This document shows positions 24,920 through 40,469 of a stretch of 64,000 bases of DNA, piece by piece (positions within the stretch are counted from its first letter, which is position 1; each line of letters opens with the position of its first letter). This stretch comes from Eledone cirrhosa (taxonomy: Eukaryota): NCBI GenBank assembly GCA_964016885.1, contig OZ024742.1, forward strand, positions 50,282,001-50,346,000. Reading direction: 5' to 3'. Below the pieces are notes generated by a model. The model was not told the DNA's origin and did not search any database. It saw only the letters and a list, made by a program, of their open reading frames with translations. The position numbers and the translations under genes are program-made.

Positions 24920-27343
24920 TGTGGGTATGGTGTGGCGTGCGGTGGCTGCAGTTGCCTAGTGGTGCCTAGCAACGGGGCGAACCCCAGTTTGGGCAGTGTC
25001 TAGCAACGGGGTGAACGCAAGTTTGGGCAGTACCTAGCGTAGTACCTAGCAACGGCGTAAACGCCAGTTTGGGATCTCCCGGTGCTAGGCAGTCGGAAGC
25101 AGGCAGGCGAGGAGTAAGGAGCAGGACGATAGCAGCGCTAGTGAAAAGAGCAAAACGATATGGGACTGTTGATATGAGGATAGAGACGGCCAACCGAGGA
25201 AGACGGACGTACACGAAATGGTCTTCAAACTACCATGCAGTGGAGATTGAGCGGCGCCTTTGAAAGGCGGTAAGTGAGATAGCTTTTTCCAACCACAAGC
25301 TATTTCGGTAATGGAAATAGATCTAACGGAACAAAGAAAAAAGAAGAAAAAGCTACTGGAAAAACAGAGAGGAGTCTGTTGTTGTTGTTGTTTTTTTTTT
25401 TGTCACTTACCGCTAGACAAATCAGAGGATAGCGACAAGACTACGGACGAGCGAAGCCATCAGGGCATTTACCGTGGGAAGGGTGAAGGCCGACGACCCA
25501 GTGCGGGGACGCTGGTATGTTCCCAAATCACAGAGCGGGACCGTGTGGTGCGATGCCAGCAGCATAGCGCTGGGTGTCACGTTGGAGATAGGTGTTGAGG
25601 TCGAGGATGCAGCCTGGCTTAGAAAGAAGGACGACTGCAATCACATCAATGTGGCCGAACTGGACGCGGTGTTGAGAGGAGTGAACCTCGCCCTGCGGTG
25701 GGGGCTGCACACCATCGAGATACGCACCGACTCGGCTACTGTTCTCGGATGGGTAAGATCAGTGCTCACCAGTGAGAAGAGAGTGCGAACAAGTGGCGCG
25801 GCGGAGATGCTGATAAAGCGCCGCCTGGGAACTTTAGGAGAGCTGGCCACCGAGTTCGACCTGAGGCTGAGCGTAGTTTTCGTGCCCTCAGAGAAAAACA
25901 GGGCGGACATATTAACTAGGGTGAAGAAAGCCTGGATGGGAGCGCCGGAGGAGGTAGAGGATGAGATAGCTGCTGTGTGTCGGCTGACCGAGTCGGATCT
26001 GAAGGGGTTGCATGACATGCACCACATGGGGGTGGATAGGAGCCTGTTCCTAGCCAGGAGAATCGACCCGGACGTTCGCAGACACAGTGTTCAGGGAGTG
26101 GTTAGAGGCTGCATCCGATGTCAGTCCATTGATCCCGCCCCGAGTGTACACGAAAAGGGAAGCCTCCCGGTGGATCGCGACTGGAAGCGATTAGCGGTGG
26201 ATGTGACGCACTACCGGCAGGGAACGTAGCTCTCGATGGTCGACTGTGGACCAGGTCGAATGGCGATATGGAGGGAGATGAAGACTGGAACGGCCGAGGA
26301 AATCGTGCGGACGTTGAGAGAGGTGTTCTGGGAGAGGGGCCCTGTGGACGAACTGCTGAAGGACAACGGCGCAGCGTTCCGCTCGGAGGCACTGAGGGAG
26401 ATGTTCGATGGATGGAAAGTGAACCGTTTCTTCAGAGCGGCGCACAGGCCGAGCGGGAATGGAATCGTGGAGCGACACCACCGGCAATGGCGGAGCGGGG
26501 CCATGTCTCACCAATGGAGGCAGTGTTCTGGTACAACATGCCCCCTCGGGTTGGACAGGTTGAGGAATAGGTGCCACACAGAGCAGTATTCAAATACGAG
26601 TGGAGGCACCCGTGCACTCCACCACAACGGCCAGTGGGGAAAGAGAGTGCATTCGTGCAGGTGGACGAAGAAGTCTGTTTTAAGCCCCCAGATACACGTT
26701 GCACATCTCAATGGGGAAGGGGAACAGTGACGGCCGTAAATTCAAAGAACAATGTGTCCGTGGACGGGGTACCACGTCATGTCCTGGATGTAAGAAGAGT
26801 CACTGTGTCGACGGACTCCGAGGAAGAGGAAACCCAAGATGAGGTGGAAACTCAGAGCCCTGCCCCAATACTACGGAGATCGCAACGATGTCGTAGACCA
26901 CCAACCTGGACAGCAGACTCCCACATGCAGAGAGACGAGGAGGAAATTGATCCTTGAGATCAGGGGGCGTGTGGGTATGGTGTGGCGTGCGGTGGCTGCA
27001 GGTGCCTGGTGGTGCCTAGCAACGGGGCGAACACCAGTTTGGGCAGTGTCTAGCAACGGGGTGAACGCAAGTTTGGGCAGTACCTAGCGTAGTACCTAGC
27101 AACGGCGTAAACGCCAGTTTGGGATCTCCCGGTGCTAGGCAGTCGGAAGCAGGCAGGCGAGGAGTAAGGAGCAGGACGATAGCAGCGCTAATGAAAAGAG
27201 CAAAACGATATGGGACTGTTGATACGAGGATAGAGACGGCCGAGGAAGACGGACGTACACGAAATGGTCTTCAAACGACCATGCAGTGGAGATTGAGCGG
27301 CGCCTTTGAAAAGCGGTAAGTGAGATAGCTTTTTCCAACCACA
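24920..27343 (+). mobile_element. Gypsy-type LTR retrotransposon, internally deleted (RNase H + integrase only)
   Basis: TG...CA LTRs at 24920-25297 and 26970-27343; 5-bp TSD CGAAT at 24915-24919 and 27344-27348; purine-rich PPT before 26970. Confidence 0.95.
25405..26957 (+). pseudogene. Gypsy pol remnant: RNase H then integrase (stop and frameshift)
   Basis: WCDASS, HINVAELDA, RTDS, NRADILTR (RNase H); HHMG..CIRC zinc finger, LAVDVT, DNGAAF, GNGIVER (integrase). Confidence 0.9.
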
Positions 27344-28457
27344 CGAATTACAAATTGAAAATGAAGTTACAGAGTCAACATTATACCTATCTCATTTATA
27401 TGTCATTATGACCAACATAATGAATTTCAATTGTATGCTGAGCAGCTGTTGAGCATCATGTGATATGACGGCCAGAATAGGAAGATCAGCGTCAGTGGCA
27501 TTGACAAAACCAAAAGGGAAGTCTTCTCCTTGTTTACAAAAATAAGGAATGTAAGGGGAAAAATCTAATCTTTGTGAGCCCTTCGAGGTGTATTGACTGT
27601 TCCAGTGAATCTCGCTCGCTGTCCTCCTAGGAAATTCATTCTCACTCCTGACAGACCGGACAATGGGATGGAGAGTACATTAGTTGCAGATGAAGGATAT
27701 TTATTAAAGGAATTAAAAGGAAATTTTCATTGAGCAGCCGGGAAAAGAAAGCTGAGTATTTAAGATGCCGTTGCCTTGCGTATGTCGTCAGAAACTAACG
27801 TAAACGAAACAAAAGTAACATTGTAAATTGCACTTCACTTTATAGAGAGGTTCGTTCCTCCATTAGTTTAACAAGGTTACAGCTCTGAATTAATATTTTG
27901 CTTTGGATGCAGTCAGCCTGTTATTTACTATAAACCAAACACCACAACATGTGTGTATGTAACTGGAGATATGTGGCTTTAATTCTATTATCATGCGTTA
28001 GCTGATGATGTACATTTTGCGAACTCTCGTACTGTAAATTTCTTATTTCTTCTAATCTTTGATTATTTATCAAATGTTCATGTTAGTATTGTATATATTT
28101 AGTTGTATACTTTACTTTTATCATGAGGAAAATTTACATGTGTTCCTTAGGCAGTGTTTTTGCTATTCACTATACCACGGCTTTTCGTTATTATATTACA
28201 AGTTTAATTCATTTACTGTTATAACCAGTTTTTAAGCCTTCAGCTTTAACGTACTATTTTAGTTTAGCATTAACGTAGTTTTAGTTTTCATTATTTGCCG
28301 TTCACACTGATTTAATAGACAACAAGTTAGTATGTGTGGTAGTATGTGTAGGAGCGTGCATGTCTGTCTTGTTTTGTGAAATTCATTTAGAAGTTGTTGA
28401 CGTGGTGTTTGAATGTGATTAGACATATATATCTATGTATGTATGTATGTATGTATG

Positions 28458-28488
<31 letters not shown>

Positions 28489-28541
28489 GACCTTATGTAT
28501 GTATGTATGTAAGACCTTATGCATAAATGTATATACATGTG

Positions 28542-28586
<45 letters not shown>

Positions 28587-29564
28587 AGAAAGAGAAAGAG
28601 GGTGCGCGCGTGTGTGTATGTTCATCTGTGTTTCATTGTATATTTGTATATCAGCTTTCCTTTCGTTCAGACAAAATGATTTTGAAGTTACTTTAATTTA
28701 AATGAAATGTATTTCTTACATTCACGGAAATATTAAAAAATGTTTGTTACTTTTATTTCTTTTAGAAACTTTAATCTATATTTCGAACCAATATATTCTA
28801 TTTTATTTTAGATATTTTATGGTTTTATTGTTTGTTACAAATATCCTCGCGGAACCAATAGAAGTATAGAGCCTGCATTTACTAGTTGTTATTCATGCAA
28901 CACACATCACTGTATATTTTCTTTCATTCATTCCTACAATAAGAAATAGATAAGCAAAATCGAAATGATATCGTCATCGCTTTAAGAAAAACAACACGAA
29001 AATTCCAATTAGGATCAACATATTTGTTAGATACACTTGAAGATCCTGCGCCAGGGAATATATCATGCCGATAATATGCAAACAATATTTCATGGAATGG
29101 ATTGGATTCTTTCCGGAAAAATACATACGTGAGTAATATAAATGCGTTTCTATAATGAAATATTCAGTAGCAAGATCATTACCATATTGTATTTAATGGA
29201 TATATGCCGAATTTACTCAAATATTTCTTCGTTAAATTTAGAGTGTAGCAGCTTACAATGAGATAACAGTAAACACAGGGTTTATAAATAACTGGTAGTA
29301 GTAAGTTACTCTTTGGCGTGATGATACGACAGCCTTTCGTCCCACGAGTCTAAAGGGCTATATGACCTGCTTATTCCTTCATTTTATAGCTAAACCTGCA
29401 TTTTTTCGCTTACAAGAATCTAACCTACATTTTAAATGTGTAAACGATATGGGCCGAAGGGATTGTGTTCGTCAGCAAATATTAAATACAAAATTGTGAA
29501 ATCTTTGCCCAGTGAAAGAGAAGGTATCCACATTTTAGCACAGGGCTTTTCCCAATATATTATA

Positions 29565-30234
29565 CGAACAGTGGTACCCAGCGTTGCATGGAATAAGGTA
29601 CTTTGGAACGTGGGCCGCCAACAGACCTAACCGTGGAAAAACTGCATGCCTTGACAATATGTAAAGAAAATGAACTGAATACTCTGATGGCTGGATAATC
29701 TTTAAGATTTTCCTCGATGAAGCAGGAAAAATGCAGGTTTTCACCTAATGCGGGCCCAAGGGGATCAAGAAAATGATTTTTTAATGTGCATAATATGCCT
29801 TGAAATTTCGGGAAAATCGGCTAGTCGTAACGCCTCAAAATAGCCCTAAAAAGCTGAAAAAATCAAGTTTTTCACCTAATGCGGACACTAGGCCATAAAA
29901 AAAGTTGGATTTACTTTGCACACGGTATGTAGAAGTGACTGACTAATACATAGTTACAAAATGAAGGAAATGGGTCTGACGTAACGCCTCAAAAAACCCC
30001 TCAAAAACTGATATAAAAACGCAGTTTTTCACCTAGGGATCAAAAGGTTGAATTATTTTATGTGCATAACACTTCCTGAAACATAAGTAATACACATGTA
30101 AAGTTTGAAAGAAATCGGTTGGGTACTTCTCGAGTTTTAGGGATTCAAACTCACAGACACAGACACACACACACACACACACACCACACACACACGCACA
30201 CACAGACAGACATCCTCAGTTTTATATATATAGA
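29565..30234 (-). mobile_element. Non-autonomous Helitron-like element
   Basis: Minus-strand 5' end TCTATATATATAAAA followed by GTCT/GT repeats; 3' hairpin-like CCATGCAACGCTGGGTAC near 29575; internal repeats (TTTTCACCTAATGCGG, CGTAACGCCTCAAAA). Confidence 0.7.
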
Positions 30235-30862
30235 CTAGCAGAAAACCACCCGGTGGGTGGTTTTCTGCTAGTCGATATATATTTAACACACACAAACACA
30301 CAAACACAAACACAGACACACACACATATACATATATATATATACATATATATATATTCATATTTTGAGATGCATTATTCTCAAATCAGATTATTATTTC
30401 TGACAGGAAGAACCAGTTTATAATTTTTAAGAAAAATTAAGCATACACACATATTTTAGGAAACTTATGAACTCCTGTACACACACACACACACAAACAC
30501 TTACACAGATACACACAGACACACGCACAGACAGACACACACGCATACAGACACATACGCTAACACACGCATACCATACACACAGTCATACATACGCACA
30601 TATGCACACACGCTAACACACACATACACACGCATATACACACTTAAACCTATATATATGTATATATATAGAGAGACACACATAATATACATATATGATA
30701 TATATATAATATATATATATATATATTATATATAAATATATATATATTATATACACACACATAACACACATATAACACACACCCATATATAAAACACACA
30801 CACGCACACACATACACATACACATATAACACACACATATATAACACACACACACATACACA

Positions 30863-30894
<32 letters not shown>

Positions 30895-31692
30895 TATAAC
30901 ACACACACATATAATATACACACACACACGCATACACACACGTATAACACACACACGCATACACACACATATATATATATATATTATATGCACAGCCCCA
31001 GTGAGTTGGTTAAAACACAAAAGCCAGTCTTAAAGTTGTCGTGTGTAAATTCAAAGAACTCGGCTGTGTTTGGCTAGATCTCCATGGTAACTACTCCAAG
31101 GTCGCGCGTGCCATGGCTGGGAACGCAGGTGTCACGTGCTGGCCTAGAACACTGGTTGTTGGAATCAGTGATCGATGACAGGGAGTGATAGGGGAGAGAA
31201 AGAAAGGCAGTGGTGAAGTGACGAAGTGATTCTCTCTTCCTTCTCCTCCTCCATCTCCCCATTCGTCACAGCGATAGAGGGGAGGAATGTTAGTGTGTTA
31301 CAAAGAGAAAGAGTGAGAGTGAGAGAAACAGACAGACTAAAAGAGAGGGATAGCTGGAGAGAGAGATAGCAACCACGCGCGCATGTGTTTCCACTGTCAG
31401 ACAGACAGACAGAGAAATTGCTGGTTATATAATATAAGGAGATTATCTTTAATATGTTATTAATCTAGCTGTCGTCTGTTCTACAGCGTAGATGTAATTC
31501 ACTTCGCGCAGAAGTTTTGTTCCAATTTATTGCGGAGATTTTGTAAGTTCAATTTTAATTTTGATACTATTGTGTTGCTTGACCCCCCGTCTGAACTGTC
31601 AGACGGTGGGTCAGCTCATCTTCGCCCCTCCAAGGGCTGAAAAACCTGTTTTTTAAAATTTTGTGGCATAAAACTTCAATCGTCTGACAGAA

Positions 31693-33586
31693 ATGTTAAA
31701 CGAAGCTAACGAAAATAGTCGTGGGGGGACAGCGGTAAGAGTTGTAAGCTCGCACGCTTTAGTCCCCCCTTCCTTCCCAACTAACGTCATAGAGAAGGAA
31801 AGAAAAAATAAAATAAAAACAGACGAATGTGCGGAGAAAAATGACGAAAACACAAATCTGGACATTGATTCCAACAACAACAAAAAATTTGAAAAATTGC
31901 ATGACAATATTAATACCATAAACAAAGACACAACAAACACAAAAATAATATTTGAAAATAACATCATAACAGAAAGCAAAGCAGACGACAAAGTCAACAT
32001 CAATAATATTTCTTTGCACAAACAACAAAGAAATCTTTGACATATATACCTGAAAATATTTCAGATGTGGCACAAAGAATTAAAAACGCCAAACAATACA
32101 TAACTCAAGGGGAAAATGGTATTTTATCGGTAAAAATCCTCAAGAACTCACCAAAGACATTGACGGTCGTTTTCTGCACCATCAACAACATTTCTAAAAA
32201 ACCTCAACAACCAACACAAACAGAAATCAAAGCAGTACTTACAGAAGTACTTAATGAAACCTCTTTCATAAGTAGAGACAGACTGTATGGAAGCCTAGCG
32301 ATTATTATGAAGAATGAATCGGCGGCAAAAAAATATGCTTTGTCGCCGATTCGTTCGACAAATTTTACCTTTTATCCATCTTATATGGGTAAAAGAACTC
32401 AGCGCATATGGCTGGATGCGATGATGCCAGATGTGGACTACTGCTGGCTCATAGCTGGCTTCATCGATCCAGCGAATGACAACGTGATTTCCATTGGGAA
32501 AACAACAGGCAATGCGTTCAGTGGAACAGGTATAGAACTTGTAGTGCAAATGAAGCCTGAACGCATTGCCCAAATACACGACAGAATCCTATTAGAGGGC
32601 CACGTGTGTATAAACATAAGCGTGGAGGGGAGAAGGCCGTCCTGTCATATCTGTGCAGGCATAGGGCACCTGAAGGCGGCTTGTCCTCAACTCAACAAGA
32701 AGGAAACCCTGCTACCAACACCAGCTCCACCACCACAACAGATAAACAAACAACAACACTCAGTCCCACCCAACCCGTCCCTCAATAAAACTACACCACC
32801 ACCACAACACAAATAGTCACAACACATTACCCCAAAACAAAACACAGTCCCACCCAACCCCTCACTCAATAAAACAACACAACCACCGCAGCCACAACAC
32901 ACAACACAGGCTAACATAGTGACATCCATCTCCCCCACAAAGAAAACCAACACGGAAACATTACCAGCAAACATACTTCTTCCCTCCAACACTGAAGATA
33001 ACCCAACGAATTCGGAGGAAGAAACGGAGTCCTTCAGACAGATTAAAAGAAAAAAAAGAAAACATGTGCAAAACATACACAAAGCCAAACAACCCCTACC
33101 CAAATGTCAACACAATCCAACAAAACGCAAAACACCCCTCCAGCAGCAAACAAAACCAAACCTGCCCCTCCCGTCTTCGAAACACTCACACCATCCGAAA
33201 AACAAACATTACACTATACTTACATCAACAGAAACAATAATAAATTAAATGAACTCATAAACAACAACCCTTCGGTACAAACCGAAGGTGTAAACTTTGT
33301 TTCTTCAGAAAACTACCCCCATTTAAAATTAATAAAGATCCCAATGAACCTCTACCAAAAACTAAAAAAGGATTTTAAGGAGGACGTAGGACCACCCTCT
33401 GTCAAACCCATAAACCGCGTCCTACTAAAAAGCTTTCCCCCTCCCCTTCCCCTCCACAACACAACTCCAAACACCCCAACCCCACCACACACTGACGACC
33501 CCACGCCACCACAAGACACCCCTTCACCCAACACCCCCGACACCATGGAAGTCGTGCGACCCGAACCCCGGGAAGCAGAAAGGTAG
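31693..33586 (+). pseudogene. LINE ORF1 (gag-like, disrupted)
   Basis: CHICAGIGHLKAAC (CCHC knuckle) in 32037..32816 and a P/T/Q-rich tail; split over several frames. Confidence 0.8.
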
Positions 33587-33619
33587 GTCTCTACACTCTC
33601 CTTTGGCTTTGCCGCCCAC

Positions 33620-36600
33620 ATGGATGTGTTAAGAGTAGGATGTTTCAATGCACGCGGCCTGGGCTCAACTTGGAAGCAAGCAAAGCTTCTAAATGACCTC
33701 AGGTCACGTGGTATAAATGTAATGGTTATCTGTGAGACTCGGCTCAGCGTCGTGCGGCAGCTGGCCCCTAACTTCGATGACTTTGAGGTGCATGCATCTC
33801 TCTGTCAACCTGGAGGTGGTGGTGGGGTTGTCGTACTGCTGGAAAAACACCTGGGTCTCGCCGTTGTTCACTCGGACCCGGAGGGTCGTTTGTTGGTGCT
33901 AGACGTTGACTGTAGTGGAGGTGCGGCCTTGAGACTGGTCGCCGTCTACTCCCCTTTCAGAGCTGAACGACCCGATTTCTTCCAGCGTCTGGAGACTTTT
34001 CTGGGAACGTCGCGTTCCCTGCTTCTAGCGGGGGATTGGAATGACATCCTAGATGCACGTTGGGACTATGCAGGAGCATGTCCTAATAGAAGGGGGTGTA
34101 ACAGCCTCCAAGGGTTACTCGACCGTTTTAACTTGGTCGATAGATATCGACTAGATTTTCCAACTGTGCCAACCTGGACTTGGACGAACCACAGTGGTCA
34201 ATCTAGATCGTACTTAGATAGATTCTTAGTTAGAAGTAAGGATAAGGACATATTAAGCTGTCCAGAAATGCTCACTGTTGGCTATACGGATTACAAATTA
34301 GTGACCTGCGTAGTCAATCTTGAGAAAACACATAAACAGTTATTGGAAACTTAATTTATCTTTACCGGCAAAAGAGACTTACAGAAACCGGATTAGCAGA
34401 TTAGTTAAGGAGAGGTTAACGGGTGCAATCGTCAACAATCGATGGTGGGCATCTCTCAAAAGAGAGATTAGAACAGAATCAATAAGTTATAGCAAGATGT
34501 TAGCTGCCGATAGGAATAGAAACGAGAAAGAATTAACAGGTAAATTAGAAGAGGCAATCAAGAGCGAAGATGTGGCCAGAGTGCTGGCATCGAGGACGGC
34601 CTTGAGCCAGTTTTTCGATGCAAAGCACGAAGGCTGCGTCATTCGAAGTAAAATACGTGCTCTAGGTAATGAGGGGACCAAAGCCGTTGGCTGGGCCCGC
34701 GTGACAGAAGCTAAGAGTGGAAATCGATCCACCATCCGGTCTTTGCAAGACGAGGATGGACGGGTAATCCGGGAGCCTAAGCAGATGTGCGAGGCCTTTC
34801 AAAGGCACTTTGCCCGATTATTCGGGGGAGGGGAGCGTCCGGGCGGGGACGTGGATTTCGGTCCATACCTCGACGGTCTGCCGCGTCTCTCTAGCGAAGA
34901 GGCAGAGTGCTGCGAGGGACCAATCTCGGCTGATGAGATCGGGGATGCGCTGAGCCAATGCAGCAGACGCAAATCTCCAGGTCTCGATGGTATACCTTAC
35001 GAACTTTATTTAGCAATGCCGGTCTTCTTCTCCGAACTCCTCGAAGCGGTCTACTGCAATTGGCAGCAGAACGGGAGAATTCCTTGTTCTGTAGCCAAGG
35101 GCGTAGTCTCGCTGGTGAGGAAGGACGTGAACAAGGGGGATAGTATAAATAATTTTCGGCCCATAACCCTGCTAAACACAGAGTTAAAGATTTTGGCCAA
35201 GGTGTTAGCAAAGAGGTTGGCGCTTGTCGTAGGCGGCCTGGTGGGAGATGCGCAGACATGTGCTATCCCATCCAGGTCCATTCACGATAATCTCCACCTC
35301 ATGCGATACATCATAGAGAGGGTTTGCAACAAAACCGGCTTCGGTGGGGCCCTGATCAACTTGGATCAGTCTAAGGCATTCGATAGGGTCGACCATGGTT
35401 ACCTGGATGCGGTGCTAGCGGCGGCTGGGTTTGGTCCTGTTTTCAGAGGCTGGATCACTGCCTTACATAGCAACCACATCTGTTCTAGGATCAAGGTGAA
35501 CGGCTACCTTTCGAAGCCGTTCTAAATCACACGATCCATTCGACAGGGGTGCCCTCTCTCCTCCCTTCTGTACGTATTGACTCTCGAGCCTTTACTGAGG
35601 AAGTTGGAGTTGTTGCAGGGTATCCCACTGGAACCAGGATTGAGCAAAGCGGTGTCGGCCTACGCCGATGACGTAACAGTAATGGTATCGACCGACTCGG
35701 AGATCGAGGCGATCGGTACCTTACTGGAGGATTACGAAAGGTTGTCAGGAGCGAAACTGAACCGGGAAAAATCCATCGGGCTGCAACTCGGAACGTGGAG
35801 AGGCAGACCGATGCCTCCCGACGGTGTCGTCGGACACTGGACGGAGGGCCCAGTGAAGTTGCTTGGGGTCTGGTTTGGACCGGACCTCCAGGTGGAAAAG
35901 AACTGGGACGAGGTTACGAACAAGGTGTTTGCACTAACCCAGAAATGGGCCAAGTGTAAGCTGTCCCTAAAAGTTCGGGCGGAGGTGGCGAACATTTACA
36001 TAGCGTCCGTCACTTACTACCGCCTGACTGTCGTGCCTTGCCCTAAGGAAACACTCACCACCATGGAACATATGCTCTTCCAATTTCTTTGGAAGAAGCG
36101 CCCTCCTATGGTGAGAAGATCCATTTGCTGCCAACAACCTTCGAAAGGAGGGCTGGGGATGCCGTGGTTGATGATGCGTAGGCACGCATTAATGCTACGT
36201 CACCTACAGGTATTCCTCACTGGTCAACCGGTGTGGGCTCCGTTCGTGAAACGAGCCTTTCCGAGACTCGTCTCGCTCACCGAGCTGCAGTCCTGCGTCA
36301 AGCAAAGATCCGGAAAAACTGGGAGACTGGCACACTGAGTGTGCCCAGGCGCTCAGGGCTCTCTGGCAAGCGTGCCCGGCCATCGGTATAGAATCCACCT
36401 CATCATTCTATAGAGGGCTGGTGGCTAGCAGGGGCGATGACACCCTTGGAGAGTCGCTGGACATGGAAGAGGACGAACTGGCCAGCCTGTTCGGTAGGAC
36501 TTTCGGCCCGGGACCAATGAACAACTTCCAGAAGTCACTAGCCTGGCAGTGCTACCGGGGGGCTCTACCCGTTCGAGAGAGGCTCTACAGACACGGGCGC

Positions 36601-37045
36601 CCGGGCAGGGATCCCTCGAAAAAGATTTGCCCGAGATGCGTGCGTCACGAAGAAACCGTTGCGCACGCATTGGTGCAATGTCCGGGCGTGGCTGATCTGT
36701 GGGGCTACGCCGAACGACAGCCTGTCGCGGGTGGCGCCGATTCGATTGACCGCCGAGTTCGTGATGACAATCAAGCCGCCTCCCCTCTTCACAAAGGAAG
36801 CAAAGGCGGTTTTTCTGTGCGTAATAGCCATGTTGAAAGAGGTTGTTTGGTGGACACGATTGAAAGGTCTGAGGTCAGGCAACTTCCTCTCTGGCCATAG
36901 TCTGGTCTACTTCTTCCGATATCACTTCGGAAGAAGGATAAGAATGGAGAGAGAGGTGCTTGGCCACAGGCAGTTTTATGAAAGGTGGCTGATAGTGGCA
37001 AGAATGGCTCGTGTAAATGGGCCTTCTCTGTATACCATCCTGTAG
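33620..37045 (+). pseudogene. LINE ORF2: APE endonuclease, reverse transcriptase, zinc-binding C-terminus (frameshifts and stops)
   Basis: FNARGL, GDWN, SYLDRF, KSPGLDG, FRPITLLN, DQSKAFDRV, RQGCPLS, YADD, CPRC..ETVAHALVQC. Confidence 0.95.
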
Positions 37046-37560
37046 GTAAAGAAGTGAAGGAGAGTGTAGCACCTTCTCCATGTGCTCCCCGGGCAAAGCA
37101 TTGCACAATTTTTCGGGGGCGTGTGCAACCCCCATCACGTCCCCTCCCTTTTGAGGTTGTTTTCGATTATTTTTATTTTATACCTTTTTTACTCGGTTTT
37201 ATGTAAAATCCCCCTTTGTATTTGTCCCTTCTTTTTAAGCCTTTATGGGAAATGAAGGAATATATCTTTAATATTTTATTTATCAAAGTTATTTCATTTC
37301 AATTGTTTTATGTTGCAAATTTTAGAAATTTTTTTTATCGATTTTTTTCTTATTGGCTATACCCCCAAAAATTGTCTTCTAAACCCTATGTAATAGATGT
37401 GGGTTTTCTGGTTATGCGTATAATCTCGATGTAATTGTATAGGTATATTTTTTCTACATTTGCTGGGGTAAATGTAAATTTATCAGATACTTAAATCTTT
37501 AAAATATTTAAGTTTTACAAACGAAATCCAAATAAGTTTAATAAACAATAATGAAATAAT

Positions 37561-37667
37561 TGTTTCTAATGTTGGCACAAGGCCAGCAATTATCCCAGTG
37601 CATCACTGGTACTTTATTTTATCGACCCCGTAAGGATGAAAGGCAAAGTTAACCGAGGCGGGATTTG
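37561..37667 (-). mobile_element. 5'-truncated OK-type SINE
   Basis: Core match; 16-bp TSD ACAATAATGAAATAAT at 37545-37560 and 37668-37683. Confidence 0.88.
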
Positions 37668-38868
37668 ACAATAATGAAATAATACAGTTAGATAATTATA
37701 TTCTTTGAAACTAGTTCTACTATACACAGGTAAAAGAGTGATTTCCAAGAAGGAAAGTTATGTATATATACTTTGATAGGGAAATGCTTTTAAAATGAAA
37801 TGTAGTAAACTGTATAATTTTGAACATATCATAAACTCTGAAAGTGTAATTCAAAATATGTGCATTTTGAAAGAAATTTAAGAGCATCACTGTTTTACAA
37901 GATATTTAATTGAGTGTTTCCTGAATATCTTTTATTCGGATTCAATGAATAACACATCCATGATTAATTCACTGAAATAAATGATAATATTTTCATAAGT
38001 AAACTGTGTTCTTAGTAAGACAAACCTCGATATAATACAACAGATATAATAGAGGTACAAAAAGTATAATGTAGAAAACGAAAGTTTCAACGAGCGGATG
38101 TGTTATCTTTACATTTGTAATTTCATGACTTTAATATGATGTTAGCCACCTTGTTGAAATCGGTGATAGACAAACACACCATTAAGACGAAACACACCAT
38201 CTGGCTTCCTGATTTCTAAAAGTTGTTTTTGCATTTCCTTGAGTTAAAACACATGTTATAAGCAATGAATGTAGGGTTTGTCACATGTTAAGATTAAATT
38301 TAGGTGGGTGTAATAACGTATTTGGTACAATTGTAAGCATTTCCTGGGTGGTCCCTCCCGAATTCACACAGGATTTTGAAGATAAAATAAATAAAACAAG
38401 TTGAATGTCGAATTACCAAGTGCACGTTAAGTGCAGGGATTTTATTGTTGGTTTTACAGTTTCCTAACTGTAAACCGTGTTTATATTCCTCCAAAACATA
38501 TTTAATCTTGATATTCAAATGATGGATGATAGTTTGAATTAGGTAATTTATATACGTATATATGTCAAAAATATAGGATTTGGTTTTAACATTAGCTTAC
38601 GGAATTTATAATTTGGTCGGTAGCACTGTTGCGTACTGTCTGTCTATCGTTCAGTCGATAAAGTAATAAAACGATAAAGACATAACCGTCCATAATATAT
38701 AAGATTATTTTCTTTATGGGTGCATGCTTGGCTGTGTAATTACATATTTTGCCTTATCGGTACGCGGTTCGACGTACAGTTTAGTTTGGGGGCACTTTTG
38801 GGGAAGTCTTTTGTAGATTTACCAGTGAGGTATGAGTGGAATTTGGCTGACGAAAACTGAGAATACGT

Positions 38869-40177
<1,309 letters not shown>

Positions 40178-40199
40178 TGTAGTGTTTGTACCAGAGTTT

Positions 40200-40390
40200 T
40201 CATGTCTCTGGCTGGACTAAACAGTCACACTCGTTCAGCGCATCGGTAGGGGTTCTCCTACATGGATATAAAGTAGTGGCCGTACTCGAAAACGAGTTGG
40301 CAGCCATCATGTACGTATACATACTTACATTTAAGTAAGTGCCGTACTAAGAATGAGAAATGAAATTTCGCTTCATTCTATTCCATTTAT
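40200..40390 (+). repeat. Dispersed repeat (40200-40310, inverted copy at 51921-52020) fused to a family A 3' tip (40310-40390)
   Basis: Direct visual alignment with both partners. Confidence 0.75.
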
Positions 40391-40469
40391 ATATATATAA
40401 ATATATACATATATATGTGTGTGTGGGGGGGGGTGCTTGAATGTAAGTATACACACACATACACACAGA

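Larger units (their letters stand above)
31462..37262 (+). mobile_element. Tx1/L1-clade LINE, apparently full length, decayed
   Basis: ORF1 with zinc knuckle; ORF2 with APE, RT and Cys-rich domains; candidate TSD TATCTTTAATAT(G/T)TTATT at 31444-31461 and 37263-37280. Confidence 0.92.

Noticed and set aside
24962-25075. Three ~32-44 bp repeats (CTAGCAACGG...CAGTTTGGG) resembling a CRISPR array
   Set aside because: Internal tandem repeats of the Gypsy LTR, duplicated in the other LTR; no unique spacers or cas genes.
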